This document shows, in pieces, positions 56,651 through 64,000 of a stretch of 64,000 bases of DNA; within the stretch, counting starts at the first letter, position 1, and each line of letters opens with the position of its first letter. The position numbers and the translations under genes were made by a program. The notes beneath the pieces were generated by a model that saw only the letters and a list, made by a program, of their open reading frames with translations, had not been told where the DNA came from and ran no database searches. Source of the DNA: an uncultured Bacillota bacterium (lineage in GTDB: Bacteria; Bacillota; DTU025; MWDF01); the NCBI GenBank assembly GCA_963823655.1, contig CAWGMK010000010.1, positions 52,311 through 116,310 on the forward strand, given 5' to 3'.

Positions 56651-57188
56651 CGGCATCGCCCACGGCGCCGCCGTTGTCGATGGCCACGTCCACGAGCTCG
56701 TGGAGCCCGGCGGCCCCGGGTCCCGCGCCGAGCCGGACGACGCGTGGCGCAGGCTGGTGATGGCGATGGTCCGCACCCCGGCCTCGCTCGCCGCGCGCGC
56801 CATCTCGCGGCTGACCGCGTTGCTGCCCGAGTTGGACGCGATGAGCAGCACATCACCGGGCGCCATGGCGTGGTCCGCGGCCAGCGCAGCGGCGAGCCCG
56901 GGCAGCCGCTCCAGGGCCGTGCTGAGCGCCGTGCTCCCGTGAAGCGTCAGGCCCTCGAACAGGATGGCCGGACCCGGACCAGGCCGCCGGCGCGGTGGAA
57001 CAGCTCCTCCCGCGATGATGGCGAGTGCCCGAACCGAAGCTGTGGATGGTCCCGCCGGCGGCGAGCGCATCGGCCATCAGCGAAGCCGCCGCGTCAATTC
57101 GCGGCCACTCCTCGGTGCCGAGGCGGGCGACGAGCTCCTCCGCGATCCGGAGGTAGCGCTGGCCGGCGGACGCACGCTCGCTCGTCAT
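56560..57188 (-). CDS. SIS (sugar isomerase) domain protein, GmhA-like.
   Basis: MTSERASAGQRYLRIAEELVARLGTEEWPRIDAAASLMADALAAGGTIHSFGSG. Then ALERLPGLAAALAADHAMAPGDVLLIASNSGSNAVSREMARAASEAGVRTIAITSL. Then [40 protein letters not shown] in shifted frames. The ATG (rc of cat at 57186-57188) abuts the GC-content break at 57189. Confidence 0.6.
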
Positions 57189-57189
57189 A

Positions 57190-60100
57190 ATACGGGTAAT
57201 GTGGCCCTAGATATTACACTGTCTGATGCCCTTGATGGCATGACGCCCATTAATCCGCTTCCTATAATCCTGACAATTGGTCCTAGCGGAAATTCCTTGG
57301 ATATAATCAATATCACCTATTCCAGGCCATGGTCTCCAGGTCAGCATCACAACATCGCGACAGTGACTACTCAATACGCGGGGGCGACTGCTCAAGACGA
57401 TGCCTACTATTTCGGCATCATGCCCACCATTGAGATTGTCAAGGACGGCGCGTGGGTAGATGGCAATGCAGATGGACACCCTGATGCGGGAGAGCTCATA
57501 AACTATACATTTACCCTCTCCAACACAAGCAATGTTGATCTGCACATTGTTACAGTAACCGATCCACTGTTAACTGTTCATGGCGGTCCTATCACGCTAC
57601 ATATGGGAGAAACGAACTCGACAACATTCACCGGTTCGTATGTGATAACCCAGGCGGACATTGAAGCAGGCTTCGTTTACAACATAGCGACAGCGGATTC
57701 AGTTGAATCTCCTCCGGCTACCAGCGAAAAGACAGTCTTGCTGCCGCAGTATCCAGCGCTGTCGATTATAAAGAACGGCTTCTGGATCGATGACAACGAT
57801 GATGGAAACGCTGATCCGGGTGATCTGCTCAACTACTTCTTCACCGTAACTAACATAGGGAACGTTGCGCTCCACAATGTTGTGGTCACAGATCCTAAGG
57901 TGGTAGAAGTGGGCGGGCCTACGACACTGGATGTCGGCGAGGCGGACTCGACCACATTCATGGGCTCGTATGCGATAACCCAAGCCGACATCGATGCCGG
58001 TTTCGTGTACAACATCGCCACCGCTGACTCCACTGAATCGCCTGCTGCCACCGGCGAAGAGACGGTCGCGCTACCTCAATACCCTCTGCTTTCGATAGTG
58101 AAGAACGGAGTTTGGGTGGATGGCGACGCGAACGGAAAAGCTGACCCAGGAGAGCTCGTCAATTACACCTTCACGGTAACTAACGTAGGCAATCTAACAC
58201 TCCACAATGTGACGGTTACGGATCCTAAGATCACAGAGGTGGGTGGGCCTACGACTCTGGATGTCGGTGAGGTTGACTCAACCACGTTTACCGGTTCGTA
58301 TTCGATAACCCAGGCGGATATAGACGCCGGCTTCGTATACAACATCGCAACTGCAGACTCAACTGAGTCACCTGCAGCCACAGGTGAAAAGACTGTCATG
58401 TTGCCACAAAATCCGCTGCTTTCGATAGTGAAGAATGGCGCTTGGGCAGACGGCAACGCAGACGGCAACGCAGACCCGGGAGAGCTCATCAACTATACAT
58501 TTGTAGTCACAAACCTCGGGAATGTGACGCTTCATAATGTTACAGTCACAGATCCCAAGATTATTGAAGTGGGCGGGCCGACCATCCTGGCAGTCGGCGA
58601 GGCAGACTCGAGCACATTCTCCGGCTCATATGCAATCACCCAGGAGGATATAGACGCCGGCATCGTCTACAACATCGCCACAGCGGACTCTACTGAATCG
58701 GGTGCCGCCAATGGCGAGAAGACCGTAACGTTGCCACAATACCCGCTGCTTTCGATAGTGAAGAACGGCACCTGGGTTGATGGCAACGCTGATGGCAATG
58801 CCGATCCCGGAGAGCTGATCAACTACACCTTCACGTTAACGAACACCGGTAATGTGACGCTTCATAATGTGACCGTTACGGATATAAGGATTACGGAACT
58901 GGGCGGGCCTACGACCCTGGATGTCGGAGAGGTTGATTTCGACCACATTTACTGGTTCGTATGCAATAACCCAGGCGGACATCAACGCCGGCTTCGTATA
59001 CAACATCGCCACCGCTGACTCCACTGAGTCGCCTGCCGCTACCGGCGAAAAGACAGTCGCACTGCCTCAATACCCACTGCTATCGATAGTGAAGAACGGA
59101 ACTTGGGTGGATGGCGACGCGAACGGCAATGCAGACCCAGGAGAGCTCATCAACTACACATTCATAGTCACCAATCTCGGGAATGTAACTCTTCACAATG
59201 TAACTGTCACGGATCCGAAGATCGTAGAAGTGGGCGGGCCTACGACACTGGATGTCGGCGAGGCTGACTCGACCACATTCACAGGCTCGTATGCGATAAC
59301 CCAGGCGGACATCGACGCCGGCTTCGTGCACAACATCGCAACAGCTGACTCCACTGAGTCGCCTGCTGCTACCGGCGAGAAGACGGTCACGCTGCCTCAG
59401 TACCCAAGGCTTTCAATAGTGAAGAATGGCGCTTGGGTTGATGGCAACGCTGACGGCAATGCCGACCCCGGTGAGCTCATCAATTACACCTTCACGGTAA
59501 CGAACATAGGAAACGTGACGCTCCACAATGTAACTGTCACGGATCCTAAGATCACTGAAGTGGGCGGGCCTACGACCCTGGATGTCGGCGAGGCTGACTC
59601 GACCACATTTACAGGTTCGAATGCGATAACCCAGGCGGACATCGACGCCGGTTTCGTTTACAACATCGCAACAGCGGACTCCACTGAGTCGCCTGCTGCT
59701 ACCGGCGAGAAGACCGTCACGCTGCCGCAATCACCAGCCCTGACTTTATTGAAGAATGGTGCTTGGGTTGATGGCAACGCGGACGGCAACGCTGATCCTG
59801 GAGAGCTGATCAATTACACCTTCACGGTAACGAACATAGGAAATGTGACACTTCACAACGTGACCGTCACAGATCCTAAGATCGTTGAAGTGGGAGGGCC
59901 TACTACACTGGATGTCGGCGAGGCAGACTCGACCACATTTACAGGCTCATATGCGATAACCCAAGCAGACATAGACGCGGGCTTCGTCTACAACAACGCT
60001 GTAGCCGATTCGAACGAATTCGAATTCCACGAATGGAAATAAGACCGTAACGCTGCCACAGTACCCGCTGCTTTCGATAGTGAAGAACGGCGCTTGGGTT

Positions 60101-63100
60101 GATGGCAACGCGGATGGCAACGCAGACCCCGGAGAGCTCATCAACTATACATTCATAGTCACGAACCTCGGGAATGTGACGCTTCATAATGTGACAGTCA
60201 CAGATCCTAAGATTGTAGAAGTGGGCGGGCCTACGACCCTGGATGTTGGCGAGGCAGACAATCGCCACATTCACAGGTTCGTATGCGATAACCCAGGCGG
60301 ACATCGACGCCGGCTTCGTATACAATATCGCAACAGCTGACTCCACTGAGTCGCCTGCTGCTACGGCGAGAAGACCGTCACGCTGCCTCAGTACCCAAGG
60401 CTTTCAATAGTGAAGAATGGCGCTTGGGCTGACGGCAACGCTGACGGCAATGCGGACCCCGGTGAGTTAATCAATTACACCTTCACAGTAACGAACATAG
60501 GAAACGTGACGCTTCACAATGTAACAGTCACAGATCCTAAGATCGTTGAAGTGGGCGGGCCTACGACCTTGGATGTCGGCGAGGCAGACTCTAGCACATT
60601 TACCGGTTCATATGCGATAACCCAGGCAGACATCGACGCAGGCTTCGTATACAATATCGCAACAGCTGACTCGACTGAGTCGCCTGCCGCCAATGGCGAG
60701 AAGTACGTCACACTGCCGCAGTACCCGCTGCTTTCTATAGTGAAGGACGGAGCTTGGGTTGATGGCAACGCAGACGGCAATGCAGACCCAGGAGAACTTA
60801 TTAATTACACCTTCGTAGTAACGAATGAGGGGAATGTGACACTTCACAATGTGAGAGTCACAGATGCAAAAATTGTGGAAGTGGGAGGGCCTATCACTCT
60901 GGATGTCGGCGAGTCTGACTCGAGCACATTCACCGGTTCGTATTCGATAACCCAGGCGGACATAGACGCGGGCATGGTATTTAACAGGGCAACAGCTGAT
61001 TTGGACGAGTCGCATTCCACAAATAGCGAGATTACAATCCCGTTGCCGCAGTACCCGCACATGAGCATTAACAAGACCGCACTTGAGACATCAGTCAGCA
61101 CGCCTGGTTTGATCCACTACAATGTGGTTCTTACAAATGACGGCAATATCACCCTAAATGGAATTACGCTTGCCGATACCCTAGTTGCTAATCCCGGGGC
61201 GAAAGTTGAATTGCAGACGGCCAACGATCAGCTAAACGTTGGCGAGACGTGGACCTGGACATATACATACTTTGTCAATCAGGCCGCAATCAACCTGGGG
61301 GACAGCATAGTAAACACGGCGACGGCCAGCTACTATTTCCAGCAGCTGGAGCCCGTTAGCGACAGCGTAACGGTAAGCATAATCCAAAACCCCGCATGGA
61401 GCCTTGATAAGACCGTGCTGGAGACCGAAATAAGCTCTCCGGGTGATTTGCATTACACAGTAGTGCTAAGTAACGACGGGAATGTCGACCTTACCGGTAT
61501 AGTCCTGGTGGATACGCTGGTCGCAAATCCAGGAGCACCCGTAGAATTGCTATCAAGCAACGGCATCTTGAATGTAGGGGAGACATGGACCTGGTCCTAT
61601 ACCTATTACGTAGACCAGGCGGCTATAAACCTCGGACAGTCTATCACCAACGGGGCAAGCGCAACATGTGCACAGTTGCAAACGCTTCCCGCAGGGGATG
61701 AGATTGCAGTGACCATTCTGCAAAACCCCGCATGGAGCATCGATAAGACGGCATCCGAGGAAACGGTGGGCGCACCAGGCGATTTGCACTACACGGTCGT
61801 TCTAAGCAACGACGGAAATATCGACCTGACGGGGATAACCCTGGTTGACACATTGGTGCCTGATCCGGGCCTGCCTGTAGAATCGCTTTCAAGCAACGGC
61901 ATCCTGAATGTGGGCGAGACGTGGACCTGGAGCTACATTTACACCGTAGGCTGGGATGCTCTCTACCTCGGTGACGATGTAGAAAACACAGCGACCGCAA
62001 ACAGCGACCAGCTGGAAGGCTATCCTGTCTCAAGCGGGTTCTCCGTGGTAGTAATCCAGGATCCGAACTGGCAGCCGGGACTTGAGATCACAAAAGAAGC
62101 AACCCCCGGCTCCGCAGCAGTGGGCGACATAGTCACATACCGGGTCAGCATCTTTAACGACAGCGAATTGCCCTCACCTATGACTGCTTACGATGTAGTC
62201 CTGGTAGACGACCTGCCAGACGGCTTCAGTTATATTGCAGGCACATCACACCTGGATGGGGTGCTTATCGCCGACCCGATAGTGTCGGGTTCAGAGGTAT
62301 CGTGGCCCATAGGGGACATAGAGATGGAAGAGGGCCACGTACTGACCTATAAAGTTGGAATAGGCGCTGGAGCGCTCAATGGGGATGGCATCAACTACGT
62401 AACCGCAATCGGTATTGGCGAAGCCAGCTTCCCGTTCGAGATAGGTCCCGCCTCAGCTCAAGTAATAATAACCGGACCCGCGTTCTCATCGCATGGGGCC
62501 ATCTTAGGCAAGGTGTTCCATGATAAGGATGCGGACGGTATGCAGGACAAGGACGAACCGGGCATTGCAAACGCCGAAGTGATCATGGACGATGGCATGA
62601 GCGCTCGCACCGATGAAGAGGGCCAGTACCATATCGGCCAGGTTAAGCCCGGAGTGCGTTCCATTAAGCTCAATCTGGGATCCCTGCCGGCAGGGTCGAC
62701 GCTCACAAACAGCTTCAAGGATGTAACGGGCATATCGGCATCGTTCTTCGTAGATGTGCTGCCATCAGGAGTGGCAAGGGCCGACTTCGCAGTAGGCATG
62801 CCCAGTCAGGCGAAGGAGCCTGTAGGAAGGCCGGGTGGCTCAGAGCCGCTAATCATAACAGGGACAATCGAGCTTACCCACAACGTGAGCGGTTTCGACG
62901 GCTCCTATATAAGGGCCAGGGCGTTCCTGATGAAGAGGTTCGAGGGAGGCTCCCTGGTGCTTAGGTACGATATGCAGCAGGGCATTGCGGACGGATTGTA
63001 TTCGGACGCGTCGGATGATCCGATGTACAGCCTGTACGGCGATGGCTCGGGCACAACGAACCTCGCCCCGTCATCAAGCCCGTTCTATGCGAAGCTTGAT

Positions 63101-64000
63101 TCGAAGTACTTCGACATCGCATGGAGCGACTTCCAGCCCGCGTTCGAGTCGGTCGAGCTGGCAAGCTTCATGACCAAGATGACGGGAGGCCAGGCTTCAA
63201 TAAAAGTAGGAGGCTTCTCGCTAGAAGGCTTCGTAGCCCCCACAAGGGCAGGCATGCAGACCGACAGGATAGCAGGAAACGGCACCTCGGGATACTTCTT
63301 CCTGGATGACTACCCTGTAGTAACGGGCAGCGAGACAATCTACGTAATCCGTACGAGGTTCTACGATGAAAGCATAATACTCGACAGGAAGCTTCTCATT
63401 CGCAACCTGGACTACAAGATCGATTACTCGACAGGCTCCATACTGCTCACAGACGCCATGCCGTCATACGATGAGGAGGGCAACAAGTACTTCCTCGAAG
63501 TGACATACTCGATTACGGGCGGCGATTACGACGGGCTTGCGGCAGGCATCAGGGCGCATGCGGACTTTGGGGCCTTCGACCTTGGGGCGACTACCGCGAT
63601 AAGCAACAAGAGCGGTGGAGTCAGTACGGTAGTAGGGGCGGATATGGGCCTCGACTTCGGCGAGGCGTTCACCTTCGACGCAGAAGGCGCAGTATCCTTC
63701 GCCTCAGGGATATATGGAGGATATGCCGTAAAGGCAGGCGCCGCATCCAGGATAGGCAAGGTCGAACTGAGAGTAGAAGCAGGAGCGAGCGACGGAGGCT
63801 TCGTAAAGCCGGGTGAGACGGCCACAATGCCAAGGCAGATCACTCTGTACGGCTCGGCCGGAATTGATCCTGCTGAAGCGCTCATACTGTCGCTTACCAG
63901 CAATAATGCCTGGAAGGGTCTGGACTACAGCTTCAGCAGCGAAAACAAGCTGACAGCTGGATACAAGCTGCCTTTGAAGTTCGGCGTGGCGCTAGGCATG
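57190..64000 (+). CDS. Partial, low-GC giant repeat surface protein: DUF11/DUF7507-type ITQADIDAG repeats, further conserved-repeat domains, an SdrD-B/Cna-B-like module and a large C-terminal region. It has no start codon at the 5' boundary and runs off the window end.
   Basis: ~10 tandem 114-aa units ITQADIDAGFVYNIATADSTESPAATGEKTVTLPQYPLLSIVKNGTWVDGNADGNADPGELINYTFTVTN.GNVTLHNVTVTDPKI.EVGGPTTLDVGEADSTTFTGSYA. Then ...PAWSIDKTASEETVGAPGDLHYTVVLSNDGNIDLTGITLVDTLV...GETWTWSYTY repeats. Then GKVFHDKDADGMQDKDEPGIANAEVIMDDGMSARTDEEGQYHIGQVKPG. The frame is open to 64000. There are frameshifts near 58930, 60010, 60260 and 60365. Confidence 0.6.
57640..60990. repeat. Tandem array of ~10 near-identical 342-bp (114-codon) coding repeats in the low-GC segment.
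   Basis: Recurring DNA blocks ...ataacccaggcggacatcgacgccggcttcgt(a/g)tacaacatcgc(a/c)ac(a/c)gc(t/g)gactc(c/a)actga(a/g)tc(a/g)cctgc... with 342-bp period. Six-frame ORFs on both strands repeat accordingly. Confidence 0.85.

Noticed and set aside
56964-57190. N-terminal 75 aa of the 56964..59018 ORF (MAGPGPGRRRGGTAPPAMMAS...).
   Set aside because: It is a read-through of the high-GC SIS antisense strand into the low-GC gene. The composition break at 57189 shows it is not one gene.

Overview
This is a 64 kb window of high-GC (~70%) bacterial chromosome. Its core synteny (uvrA, uvrB, coaE, fpg, polA, ECF sigma/anti-sigma, dnaE) is Actinobacteria-like. The last ~6.8 kb (from 57189 on) drops abruptly to ~45-52% GC and carries a 5'-truncated giant repeat-protein gene.

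Recognised genes, in order:
- 1-17 kb: uvrA (5' part, minus strand), an AI-2E family transporter, uvrB, an orphan CpaB-like SAF-domain protein, coaE, an ABC-F ATPase, fpg, polA, a zf-HC2 anti-sigma factor, an ECF sigma factor and corA.
- 16.5-19.7 kb: a small two-motif LAGLIDADG endonuclease-like gene immediately downstream of tRNA-Leu(CAA), a Cys-rich receiver-like protein, an AAC(3)-like acetyltransferase and a RibD C-terminal-domain reductase.
- 19.7-28.5 kb: a P-type ATPase, a triple-META (HslJ-like) lipoprotein, a Tat-signal Gly-rich protein and dnaE.
- 29-36.5 kb: an XRE-family regulator, a secreted GH25 muramidase with a Pro/Thr linker, a Zn-dependent alcohol dehydrogenase, a PlsC acyltransferase, a REC-HD-GYP response regulator and a sortase-fold protein.
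- 36.5-50.3 kb: a lower-GC wHTH protein, two paralogous giant DUF11/prealbumin-fold surface proteins (37.1-42.8 kb and 43.0-48.8 kb) and an M14 carboxypeptidase.
- 51-57.2 kb: a BMP-family nucleoside-type ABC transporter operon, a CoA-binding protein and an SIS-domain protein.

Two caveats apply throughout. The sequence has roughly one apparent frameshift per kb, including in essential genes, so most CDS coordinates are approximate (±3 nt at ends; frameshift positions are estimates). Long tandem repeat arrays of 342-357 bp units are collapse-prone.

Two observations stand out:
1. The two giant surface proteins and the sortase-fold protein (whose catalytic Cys position reads Ser) share a conserved non-LPXTG C-terminal tripartite tail: a QP[SP]xT(D)T motif, a TM helix and an RR-rich end.
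2. The sharp compositional junction at 57189 abuts the SIS gene start codon and begins with a start-less ORF. It is either a chimeric assembly join or a very recent insertion.

No rRNA, CRISPR array, integrase or transposase was seen.
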